Assembly: GCA_044892505.1 (NCBI GenBank)
Contig: CM097883.1
Span: 421,600,001-421,664,000, forward strand
Length of the DNA: 64,000 nt
From: Schmidtea nova
Taxonomy: Eukaryota
Direction of reading: 5' to 3'
How positions within the stretch are numbered: the stretch's first letter is position 1; every line of letters begins with the position of its first letter. Shown in pieces: positions 50,351 through 61,577 of the stretch. The notes under the pieces were generated by a model. The model did not search any database and was not told the DNA's origin. It saw only the letters and a list, made by a program, of their open reading frames with translations. The position numbers and the translations under genes were made by a program.

Positions 50351-50879
50351 TTGTATCATATTGTTTTTTGTATTGTTTCATTTTTCATTAGATGTAAGCT
50401 CTGATTACAGTGTCATGCTTTAGGTATATCATTTTAGTGTAGGTCGTGTGTATCATTCACAGAGATTAACCATTTAGGTACGGGTCACACCAATAAGCGT
50501 GTTTGCGTAACTTCTGTGACAGCCGAGTAGCATCATTAAGATTTTTGATGAATTTACTAATTTTAATAGTTAAATAACGCTCACTGCATCTGCAACTATG
50601 CGTTGTTTATTTATGTTAGAGTTTGGTCTTATCAGTTGTTTATAGTATGGGAAGATATTTTACATTTATTTGTGTCACGTCTATTACTAACTTAGAATTA
50701 TGAAAGTTCTAAACTATAATTTTATGGATTGCAAAAAAAACATTTTTTTGTTGAAAATAAATTTTATTAGCCTCGTCGCTTCATCGATTTCATTCTGAAT
50801 TCTATATTTTTGGAAGTCAATCGTTACCGTTATTTTTATACTATAGATACACCATCAACTTCTTACGATTTTCCCACAT

Positions 50880-51571
50880 CAAAACGTCCGCGCTATGACG
50901 ATTCAGACGGTGACGACGATGAGGAAGAATTGTTGACTGAAATAGAGAGTAGTGATAGTGACAATTGATGAAGACGATGAAGAAACAGTGGTTGGTAGTT
51001 TTACTTGGCGCAATGCGAACAATTTTACACCTACAACTTACAATTTTTTGAAGTTTTTTGATGATGATATTATGCAAGTTATTGTAAATGAAACAAATAA
51101 CTACCAGAATTATTGTGCACTTAATGAAAATAAAAAATAAAAGAGACGAATCGACACAACCACGAGCGAATTCTATATTTTCTTCACTTTAGCGATGCTG
51201 ACGCCTCATATAAATAAACATACAATAAAGGAATACTGCTCAAAAGATGAATGATACAAACTGAATTGTTTATGAAATATATGATCAGAGATCGATTCAT
51301 TCAATTGCTTCGATTCTTACACTTCATTGAAAATGCGAATCTAATACAAAATGACAAATTATAAAAAATATGATTCATGCTTGAGAATCTTACAACAAAT
51401 TTTTCAACATTTTTTATCCGTTTCAAAAATTAGTTATTGATGAGTCGTTATTATTATTCAAAGGCAGACTTCACTTCAAGCAATATATTCCCTCAAAAAG
51501 ACATCGATTTGGAGTAAAATCTTTTGTATTGTGTGATTGTGAAACAGGAAGGGTATTGGATTTATTGTTGT
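50880..51571 (+). pseudogene. piggyBac transposase, part 1
   Basis: Acidic N-terminus, FLKFFDDDIMQVIVNETNNY, RDRFIQLLRFLHF and VIDESLLLFKGRLHFKQYIPSKRHRFGVK. Candidate left end TTAA|CCATTTAGGTACGGG at 50466-50484. Confidence 0.9.
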
Positions 51572-52580
51572 TGGTAACGCCCGCTTTGTAAAACATTTAA
51601 AAAATAATTAAATAAAAATTAAATAGTTAATAGCGGAGCTTGATTGGGGTGAGAGATGGTGGGGCGAGCCTGGAAGTCATAAGCCGTTAAACGGTCTTAT
51701 CGAAATCTATATAAATTTTATATGATATGGCCTGTGCATCACAAGCAAGTAGTTTTCTTGGTAATAAAGTAAAAAATGGTACTCATGTTGACTTTGCTGA
51801 TGGCTGTATATGTCGCGTTGATAAAAAAATGTAAATATAATGAATATTCAAGTGCAAATTCACCATCAGAATCTAATGAACATATTAATGATTCTTGTTC
51901 CGCAAATAATATATGAAACAAGTCGATAAAAATTCAAAGAATAAAATCGAGGCAAATCGCATCGCGTCTGTGTGCGCGGCAGTGATTTTTGTGTGGTATT
52001 CGGTATGTGCACACAGACGCGAGAATGTTGGATTGACTTTGGATTTTTAAAAAAAGTATAAATGAATCGATAGAATTTTGGAACTATATAAAATCTTTCC
52101 AGTTGTTGTTTGACTGCTCTAGTTTTTGGAGTATTCTGGTGAGAATTTTTAAAAACTGCTTATTGTTTATTGGAATTAAAAAGCATGTGGACAGTTTTCG
52201 TTTATCTGTGCTATTTGTATTAGATTTGTGATTTTCTGAATAAAATTATAATGGTTTTAAAATAAGTTCGGTGAATTTTCCGTTTTTAATTCGACTGAGT
52301 TCGAGTTTTCACGATGCGAGCAATTTGTATTTGGTATTGGAATTCATGCACAGCGGCGAGCTATTTACATTGTTGAGAAGTCATTTGTGTTTTCTAGAAA
52401 GCACTGTTCGGTTCTATGTTGGTCAAATCGTGTTGGCGTTGGAATATTTACATTGTCTTAATGTTGCCGCTAAGTTTCTGAAATTGGAAAATCACAGAAA
52501 ATCTTGGAATCCGATAATCGTATTAATTCTTTCGTTTCTCAAAATCATGCAAATCAATCGTAACTGGCTTGGGTCGACCA
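51572..52580. mobile_element. 1009-bp TG..CA insertion (solo-LTR-like) with 5-bp TSD
   Basis: GTTGT|TGGTAACG...GTCGACCA|GTTGT. Removing it restores piggyBac LDLLLYTG. Confidence 0.75.
52271..52465 (+). pseudogene. PKA catalytic subunit-like kinase fragment (subdomains IV-VIa)
   Basis: VNFPFLIRLSSSFHDASNLYLVLEFMHSGELFTLLR..RFYVGQIVLALEYLHCLN versus PKA [54 protein letters not shown]. Confidence 0.85.
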
Positions 52581-52585
52581 GTTGT

Positions 52586-53030
52586 ACACGGGTGTTACAA
52601 CAAACATAGTGCGTGACAATTTATTTGGTTTTAGTGATAGTGAGGTAAAATCTTTCACATATATTATATACCAACAATTGGTATTCAAGTCCAAATTTAG
52701 TCGAGTATTTGGACGTAAAAAAAAGTTTCCTCAAAAAGTGAGACGTGTAACTTTTGATTTGAAAAATAGCAACAAAATGTTAGCGATTTGATGAAAAGAG
52801 AAGCGTGACGTTTATATGTTGACAAATATTCACGATAGAAAATTAATATCTACACAAAATAATCGAAGAAAAAACGTAATGAAACCGGACTTTTTTGCCG
52901 ATTACATTCAAAATATGTGGATATCAGATAAAGCAGATATGCAGATAACTACTATTGAATGTGAACGGAAATTCATCAAGTGGTATAAAAATTTATTTTT
53001 CAAATTGTAGATTTAACTTTTGTTGAGGAT
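52586..53030 (+). pseudogene. piggyBac transposase, part 2
   Basis: YTG..MLAI**KEKRDVYMLTNIHD..KPDFFADYIQNMWISDKADMQ..RKFIKWYKNLFFKL. Confidence 0.85.
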
Positions 53031-53882
53031 CCGAAAATCTCAACTTGATGTTTCTTATATAAATAAAAACAAAACTGGTTCTTTGAAATTTTATTTAAGT
53101 TATAACAATTACAAATTTGATAAAAATAACATCAAAAAATATAATGATTTTTATTTATTTTATATGTATGTGTATGTGTATGTGAGTGCTTGCAGTTTCC
53201 TGAGCTCGAATGTGCAAATTCTGTATGCTCGAATTTAAGTTAAAAATATCGTTTACCGAATTTGTAATTCTTCTTAAAATATAAGATTTTATGAGTGTTT
53301 AGACTGAAAAATCAGTCTGGTTATATTTTAAATTTTTGTTGATACTCCATTTTGAGTGTCAACACACTATATATTTTTTAAAAATCTTTTGCACAAAATG
53401 TGCATTGTTTATTTTTGAGCACTTAGTGCTTTTTTTTCTGACACTAAGTGCCCTTTATTTATTCAAAAACAACGAGCTTTCTTTTAATTTTACGTTAAAA
53501 ATATTGACACTGCCCTAGAAAATATTTCACATAACAAAATTAATTATAATAAAATAACTCAAATCTTTTGTAAAATAATTACTGAAAGAAATTTCAATTT
53601 CTAATCACAATCACCTTTAACTACAAATTAGAACATTTTGTTTTTCACATTCATTAAAAACATTGACATTTTCACCGAAAATTCAAGACCTTGCTAACAT
53701 AATTATCAAAATAAATCACTATTAATATCGCAGAATATTTTATAAAAATTTGTCCAAAAATAGAAATAGAATCGAATTACGTTGAATACATACCACCTAC
53801 ACAAATTTGATATTGTAAATTGTTTATTGATAAAAATTTATTGCAATTTATATCGAATGAATTTTTAAAACGAAAATGATTT

Positions 53883-55083
53883 GTTATAAGTATACAATAG
53901 GGGGGCCACTTTTTTTTTAATTAAATTAAATAAATTTAAATATATAAATATAAATATAATCAATTAAATTTTAAAATATATCATAAGCCATGAATTTACA
54001 ACAAATATATGAACTTTCGCGTGACACACTGTCTTTAATAAGACATTTCCAAAGAGTAGGTTTGCTACGAGCCGATCCCACCTGCTCAAACTGCGGACGC
54101 AATATGAAACTTGTAAAAGATTCAAAAGTAGTAAATGAATATATATTTGTTTGTCGTAGTCGGTCACACGTAAATCCGCATCGCAACAAACAAACAATTA
54201 CAACCGGGAGTTTTTTTTGTAATTCCAAATTACATATTCGTGATCTTTTCCTACTAATGTATTTTTGGGGCGCGGAATGCTCTGTTAAACAAGTTCAGCT
54301 TTTTACTAATATTTCAAAAAAAACTATCATTCAATGGTACCAGTATTTTAGAGATATTGCCAGTTGGAAGTTGGTTTCTCAGCCTTTACTATTTGGTGGA
54401 GTTGATCATATCGTGCAAGCGGATGAATCGAAATTTATGAATTTGATGCATAATCGCGGAGAACCGAGAGGGAATGCACGCAGTGGTTGGGTTTTCGGAA
54501 TTATAGACTGTACTACGAAGAATGTACACTTCGAGTTCGTTTATAATAGGACTCAACAAGAAATATTTCCAATTTTTTCGCGTGTTGTACTCCCGGGAAC
54601 GACTATTTGGACTGATGAATTCTCTACTTATACTGGTGGTCCCAGACGAGATCCAAATGCCCCTACACCTTTAGCTAAATTGGGACCGTATGTACACCAG
54701 TGGGTGAATCACTCGGAACACTTCATTGATCCCGTTACCGGCGTTAACACCAACGGAATAGAAGGTTCGTGGGCGTTGTGTAAACGAAAATTTAAGTATA
54801 TGTTTGGGACACGATGTAGCTTCATTCCTTCGTACCTCGACGAATTCATGTGGAGAAGAAGGTTTTGTCAAAATGAGCGAGCGTTTGATATATTGATTGA
54901 TCAAATAAGACAACGATATGATTTAAGTGTTGTGTAACGTTAACTTAAATAAAAACTGACTTAATAGTCTTCCCTATATATAAGTATTTTATTATACTCT
55001 TTATTAAATTAATAATTTATTATAATTTAAAATTTATTTAATTTAATTAAAAAAAAGTGGCCCCCCTATTGTATACTTATACC
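53883..55083 (+). mobile_element. Complete Merlin DNA transposon, 1201 bp
   Basis: About 55-bp TIRs (G.TATAAGTATACAATAGGGGGGCCAC..) and a perfect 8-bp TSD AATGATTT at 53875-53882 and 55084-55091. Confidence 0.97.
53990..54937 (+). CDS. Intact Merlin/ISXO2-like DDE transposase, 315 aa
   Basis: N-terminal Cys motif CSNC..C, VQADESKF, TIWTDEF, VNHSEHFIDPVTGVNTNGIEGSW and YLDEFMWRRRF. Confidence 0.97.
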   Translation: MNLQQIYELSRDTLSLIRHFQRVGLLRADPTCSNCGRNMKLVKDSKVVNEYIFVCRSRSHVNPHRNKQTITTGSFFCNSKLHIRDLFLLMYFWGAECSVKQVQLFTNISKKTIIQWYQYFRDIASWKLVSQPLLFGGVDHIVQADESKFMNLMHNRGEPRGNARSGWVFGIIDCTTKNVHFEFVYNRTQQEIFPIFSRVVLPGTTIWTDEFSTYTGGPRRDPNAPTPLAKLGPYVHQWVNHSEHFIDPVTGVNTNGIEGSWALCKRKFKYMFGTRCSFIPSYLDEFMWRRRFCQNERAFDILIDQIRQRYDLSVV

Positions 55084-56019
55084 AATGATTTTTGAAAAAC
55101 ATTAATCTTGAATTGTGCTTGTTGAAGAATTCTATTTCAAGATATAAACATGGAAGGAGAGTAGGTAGATCACCAAAGCAAAATAATTATCATCGAGATT
55201 TTTGTAATTTAGTTATAAAATTGTAAATAACAAACTATCTGAGTTTTGATAATTTGAACTCTTCGTCTTCTTTCACTTCTTTGACTAACAATGGACCTAT
55301 TTGTTTTACTTTTTCACTGGGTCAATTTCATTTTTCACGAATTCCACTATTTCATTTACATATTCTGAATTCAAACTCTTTGAGATTTGGGGCAAACTAT
55401 CGTTTCTTTCCAATATTCTACGTTTATGCTAACCATTACATAATAAAACCAGAAAAATTTCAAATATCGAATGATGAAATTATTTGATTTTTAATTTATC
55501 AATATTTTTGAAAATAATTAATATTAACAATAATAACAACAATGAAGATAATAATAATAGTAATAACAACAATAATAATAGCAACAATGAAAATGTTTGT
55601 TCCCTTTAACCAAAAGTACAAATAAATAACCGATCAGATAAAGATGAGATGAATTGTTATATAAATCACAAAAACTGAATGAATTTGTCACATAAAATTG
55701 TCAAAAGATCAAATATATTGTTGTCTAAATCATAAGGCTGAATCAACAGATAAAATAGATTATTGTCCGCATCACAAGGTTGAATGGATTTGTCACACAG
55801 TAGAATTGTCGAACGATACAGTAGATTGTTATCTGAATCCCATCTTTTCTTCGGGAGAGATATTGTTGGTTGATGTATCAATATGTATATTTAACCTATA
55901 TCTAGTTGTACCTATGCTATAGTCTTCATCTAACTCAAATGTTTCTACCATTTTCACTGTCTCTAACACTTTACTAAATTGTTACAATTTATATTTGGTA
56001 GAAACTGGAAATAATTCAC

Positions 56020-56322
56020 TAGCAATGAAAGACTTCGTGAGAAATATTATTCGACAGATGATTATCACCATGGCGTATTGATAGCAATGTGACCTGGAAG
56101 GCAAAGTGATGACATTTCTGACCTATTAGCCGCCACAAATTTCATGGAACGACATTCTCCAACTGCCAAATGGTAGAGAGGGCAAAGGACTTTTCATGTA
56201 TGTGCAAATACGAAACTTCGCGAAAAAAGCGCTTAACTGTAACAACTTGGTGTCTGGAATGCAAGATGCCTCTTTGTTTAGAGGAGTGGTACAAGAATTA
56301 TCATTCCAAGATGATATATTGA
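56020..56322 (+). pseudogene. piggyBac transposase, part 3 (C-terminal Cys-rich domain)
   Basis: FHVCANTKLREKKRLTVTTWCLECKMPLCLEEWYKNYH. Confidence 0.8.
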
Positions 56323-56454
56323 ATTTTTAGTTGAAAGGGTTGCAACTTTCATTGCAGATACCTCTAAAACAAAATTAAACAAGAAGAAATATTCAATACA
56401 CATTTATTTAAAAAATATCTTCTTTTCTGAGTTTTCCAATTTTTTTGCGTTTAT

Positions 56455-56713
56455 AAATTTCTTGCGTTTTGGATTTCAAATCTATTATAAATTTCTTGCG
56501 TTTGGGATTTCAAATCAATTATAAATTTCTTGAGTTTTGAATTTCAAATTTATTGTAAATTGCTTGCGTTTGGATTTCAAATTTATCGTAAATTGCTTGA
56601 GTTTGAATTTCAAATCTATTGTAAATTGCTTGCGTTTGGATTTCAAATTTATCGTAAATTGCTTGCGTTTGGATTTCAAATTTATTGTAAAATGCTTGCG
56701 TTTTAATTTCAAA
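56455..56713. repeat. Minisatellite, about 8 copies of a 33-34-bp unit
   Basis: Unit approximately AAATTGCTTGCGTTTGGATTTCAAATTTATCGT, just 3' of the piggyBac ORF. Confidence 0.95.
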
Positions 56714-57057
56714 TCGGATATTTCTTTTTCTTCTTTTAAACAAACTTTTTTTTAAAAATCTATCTTTTTATTTAATTTAGTTATGTAAATATAATATATT
56801 GAATTAGTTAAAATGTAAATAAATATATATGACGGAGGCACTACATTAGTAATTTTTAGTTTCATTTTGTTTTTTATATTCTGGAATATTTTAATAGATA
56901 TAAATATTATTCACTTTTGTAATTTTTAAATTGTTTATAAACTTAACTGTCAAAATTTGTCAAAAATGTACTGTCAAAAACTGTTAAAATATAAGAATGT
57001 TTAGACTTAATATTTACATTAAAACTCATTTTATTTTTTATTTTTGTTTCCTTACTT

Positions 57058-57606
57058 CAGTGGTTCTCAAAGTGTGTTCTGCGGAACACTGGTGTTCCAG
57101 CGATCACTTTCAAGTGTTCCGTGAAAAAATCAAATGTACAATTCAATTAAAAATTGTTCGCAAATACAAATCAATTCAAATGCGAGTAGCGTTATCATTT
57201 ATTCGTTCCAATATCGATGAGATCTGTTAAGATCGTCAAGCTCATGTATCGCATTAAGTTTGATATTTTTTCAAAGTATTGTAATTTTAATTGTGTTTTC
57301 AATAAATATATTTGCATCAATCATTATTGGTACGTATTTCATTTATATACATATTTTTTCTAAAAGTAGCACTTTGAAACAGGGGGTTGCCAATTACACG
57401 CTGCAACATGATTCCATTTCCTTTTTTGTTCTATAATAATGGAAAGTTTTTGCGAACATTATTCTATTTTTTATTGCTCTTTTGATTTTAAAAAGGTTAA
57501 CTACTCGCGCCCCCTGTTTTAAAGTTTATGTTGTATTTTAGATGTTCCGCCTTAAAATGTATCAGGGTTTTGTGTTCCCCGACTTCAAAAAGTTTGAGAA
57601 CCACTG
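57058..57606. mobile_element. Non-autonomous hAT (Charlie-like) MITE, 549 bp
   Basis: TIR CAGTGGTTCTCAAA at both ends and a perfect 8-bp TSD CCTTACTT. Confidence 0.95.
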
Positions 57607-58202
57607 CCTTACTTCACTTCTTTTATCTACTTTTTGCATTTCTAAATATAGTAATAATATATCATATAATTACTTAAAATTCTAAATTAAAGATCAACAA
57701 TCATTTTTAATTTCTAAATTTATCTTTAATTTGGAATCATCCTGTGACAGTAACACAAATCTTTAGCTTAAAGATTTAAAGATATTTTTCATAAATTTCT
57801 TTTTGATAATGTGAAATTAATTGTAAAATTCCATGTATTTTAGCCGTTGCTAAGACCTCGGTGATAATTTAAAAATTTTAAAGTTAAATTTTTACCAAAA
57901 TTTTAATACAATTTTATAGGGTGAGGAGAACGATTTAGGTCGATAAAATATGTATTAAAATCTAAATTGATTAAAACTTTAAGCTGAAATTAAGCAGTTC
58001 AAAATCAAGTAAACAATAGCCGTTTGGATTCGAAATTGCTAGCAATTGAATTTCCCAGAAATACATGTTTTTTAGAGAAAAACTTTAGCCCCGAGTTGAA
58101 TAGGGATTAGCTGGATTGTTTGGAGATTGATAAGTTTGAATTAGTGCATGGAAACGTGTTTGATAATAAATTATCATTTATGCTTTATTTTATAAATCAG
58201 AA

Positions 58203-58745
58203 ATGGAAGCCAAAATGGATTTGATGATGAAACAGATGACGGAGATGAACAGAAGTCTTAGGCGATTATCGATTCGCCTTGCAGAAATGGAAGAGGAGAT
58301 GAAACTCCTCTGTAACTCCGGACCATGACGGAACGCATGGAGAAGTTTCGCTCTTAGTGCCGAAAGATTGAAGCTACGTGGACGAACGTGGACGGCACTA
58401 AGAAGTTAAGAAAGCAAATAAAGTTGCTGCACGAGCAGGCAGCTGAAGATATATTCCAGACGCGGGCGTTAAAATTAAAGATAAGAAATCGCGACGCCGA
58501 GATCGCGCAATTAAAGGTGGATACCGGCATTGTGTCGGCAATGCAGCCGACTGTTTCGGAACTGTTTCCAGTGCGGGTAGATGAACAAACAATCACAATA
58601 AACCCAATGGAATCACAGTCGACGATCGCTTAAAGAAATGGCGACTCATCAAAGGAGTCCGCGCCCGTCGGAAACGGCGACAAATGGCTCGACTACTGTG
58701 ACAACTTTGTAAAGTCTCGGTGGAGACTATCGACTTATCAATCAC
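58203..58745 (+). pseudogene. Coiled-coil ORF family A, second full copy
   Basis: MEAKMDLMMKQM..TERMEKFRS*CRKIEATWTNVDGTKKLRKQIKLL..KGVRARRKRRQMARLL..VSVETIDLSI, with frameshifts. Confidence 0.8.
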
Positions 58746-59085
58746 TAAGATTGTGATTATTACTGTAAATTACTGTATATCTTTATGTTTTAATTATACG
58801 CATTGTATTAGCTTAGTTTATTTGAAAGTATGAATGGATTGATTGCCTGATACTGAAGTTTGATTGAAACAATAACGAGAGAAAATTCGTAAATGACTGG
58901 AACCTCCGTCTAACAATGAGCCAATTTCTCTAAAATTTCCTTTAAATTATTTGTCTTAGTAAGGACATAATATAGATTATGAGGTAAATTATCGTGACGT
59001 GATTATTCATTTAAACTGTCGCTTGAAACTTTAACGAATATTTATAAAATAATTGTTGAATAAGGGACTCAAAATTGGCAATAAT

Positions 59086-59225
59086 CCTTCTATCGGTAGC
59101 CCTTGAACCCACTGTGATGTTCAGTCAATCATAGTTTCGATTTTTCGACGCTCATTGTTGTATTACCACGATTTGTTGCATTACCACCATTTGTTGCATT
59201 ACCAACTTCACATTGTGACGGGCAA
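59086..59225 (+). ncRNA. Candidate structured RNA motif, copy 4 (partly decayed, short internal duplication)
   Basis: CAATCA-T-AGT-T-TCGA[TTTT]TCGA-C-GCT-CAT. Confidence 0.45.
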
Positions 59226-59424
59226 CAAAATGATTAAGCTAATGTTCTATGTGTTGAGTTGTTGATGGGATTCATAACAACGTCAAGGTCATATTGACAG
59301 TCAACAATCCACCAAAATTAGAGAATTTAGGATATTTTGTAAATTATCATTCGAAGGATAACAATCAAATTTAACAATGGTTAGATAGGGACCGAACACC
59401 GAAAATACTAAAAACGAGCACATA

Positions 59425-59551
59425 TCTTCTGTCGATAGCCCGTGAACCCGAAGAAATTACTCGAGCAATTATAGTTCTGGAAACAGCGCTCACTTTTTGT
59501 AAGTATTTTTCCCCATTAGTTACAGTGCCAACGTTGCATTGCGACAGGTAA
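59425..59551 (+). ncRNA. Candidate structured RNA motif, copy 5
   Basis: T-AGT-T-CTG[GAAA]CAG-C-GCT-CAC. The 5' TCTGTCG pairs with the 3' CGACAGG. Confidence 0.5.
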
Positions 59552-60572
59552 CTACTGGCTAAATCAACAATATTTGGTCACCATAAAATTAAATCCTGCT
59601 TTGGTACCAACAAGTCTTCTTGTAGGCTAATCAGTAGGCATCCATTACATTCAAGTTTTTGTTACACTTGTAAATCCAGACATAAACATTTTATAAATTT
59701 CTGTTTAGTCAAAATATTATATAAAGTATTTGTCTTAGTTTTGTTTTGAATTTAATAATTAATCCTATCTAACACGATCAACCAACAATACATTATAATT
59801 ACATATATTATAATTAAATATATTTCGGTTATATTTATAATAATTTCACTATTTATATTTCTTGAGTCAGATCAACTACTAAGATCAACTTTCACCTACT
59901 TTTCTGATCTTAAAAAGTGTATAATACGAAATAATATACGAAAGGCAGTGGACAAAAATATTGTTTTTGTGGAGATCTTTAGAAAATGTTTTTTTAATTA
60001 AAATAATTTTTAATTTTTAATTAAATAATCTTATTCTATTGTTCGGTTCGTATCAGTGGTTACGAAGAACACAGATTAACTAATTTGCTAATTAATAACT
60101 TTAATTGATTATCGGACTCCAAACGATAATCCGCTTATTTAATTATAAATAGAATACATGTGTTGTGTTGCGTGTAAAGAAAATAAGAAATAATTTGTTA
60201 TAAGATTTATTAATATAATACAATGTACAATAATAAAAATGTAATAGCACAATGGCTGCAAATATTTCTAAGAAAGATAATCGGTTATTCAAACCGTCCT
60301 CAGAGTTTAAGAAAACGAAAGCTGGACCTAAATGGCTCACAGCTCCGACTAAGGGATTGGACAAGAAGATGAGGGATTCCCGGTAGTTTACGCGATAGTA
60401 ATAACCTAGAATTGGTTATTACCTTTTCCTAAAGATTTTCCCTTCTGATTAGTTTATTAGATTTTCCTGAAGGAACAAAATAGTAAATAATACTATTGTC
60501 CCGTAATCGCACAAAATATTATAAAATTAAAATTTACCAAATAAATAACTCCAAAGATTTTTGCACATGACC

Positions 60573-60604
<32 letters not shown>

Positions 60605-61397
60605 CTATATTTATGTATTAATAATTACTATTTATAATTTATTTTATTTAATAATTACTATATTTATTAATTATCTATTAATAGTATTTGATTGCTCCTA
60701 TAAACTATTTATAATATGTAATTATTTTTTATATTCTATTTATAGTAATTATTATTTACTATTACTATTTATCTATTTATTTATAGTATTTCTAAATTAC
60801 TAATAATATTTATTTAACATATTAACCTATTTTAATAAAAATTTATACAAAACCCGAGATCCCTTGATCTCGAACCCTAACACTATTATGTTAAATATAA
60901 TATTTTTGATATGAATGTAGCACATCGCCATAACGGTTGCAATACATATTATTACATCAAAATTTGTTTCCATATTTTTCCAACAATAGATAAAACTGAC
61001 ATTTTTTACTCTTACTCAACATAAAATGTTGATGAAATATTGTTTTGTACAAAGACTTTGATCGGAAAAAAGCGATTATTGATGATTTAAAATATTGGCA
61101 ATGGAATTTAAATTATAAATTAGCAACAAAGTTTACAATGTTGCTTTCTATGTCGCTATTGTGCATGAACAACAAAGGTATTAATTACAACAAAAACTAA
61201 TTAATTTTTGGTTGAGATATTATCGAAAAGACAAAAATTTATTCGTGCATGTAACAAATAATTAAAGTAAACTTGTGGGAATAGACTGAACCATTATTGC
61301 GGCACATCGCTTTGTTTCAATAATATTTAGTATTGTGGATTTCAGCCAGAGGATATTTGTAATATACGATATTTATTATGTATAAAAGAAATTTGAA

Positions 61398-61475
61398 GAG
61401 CCCTGTCGAGTCTCCTGTAAAAGAATTGACTCGGGACATCTGGGGTGTGTTCTATGTTCGTTTGTGTGCGTGTTT
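61398..61475 (-). mobile_element. Remnant of the CsRn1-like LTR core
   Basis: Reverse complement CACACCCCAGATGTCCCGAGTC..GACTCGACAGGGCTC. Confidence 0.6.
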
Positions 61476-61577
61476 ATTTTAATGTAATAAATTAACAAAA
61501 TACGAACAAATGTAATAACAATTTATATTTTGCTTAAAAACAACAAAAAGTGTAACACGATACTCACTAAATAGGAT

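Noticed and set aside
52271-52609. 112-aa ORF as a complete kinase gene
   Set aside because: Similarity ends before the HRDLKPEN catalytic loop, no Gly-rich loop is nearby, and it lies inside a TSD-flanked insertion.
56455-56755. 33-bp repeat as a CRISPR array or repeat protein
   Set aside because: Units are contiguous with no unique spacers, no cas genes, and eukaryotic context. ORFs on both strands follow trivially from a unit length divisible by 3.
57380-57516. Nested mini-hAT inside the MITE
   Set aside because: Only a 7-bp inverted match (CAGGGGG) and no convincing 8-bp TSD.
60855-60882. 7-bp hairpin followed by AACCCTAAC as a telomere-related signal
   Set aside because: A single telomere-like unit and a short stem are expected by chance.
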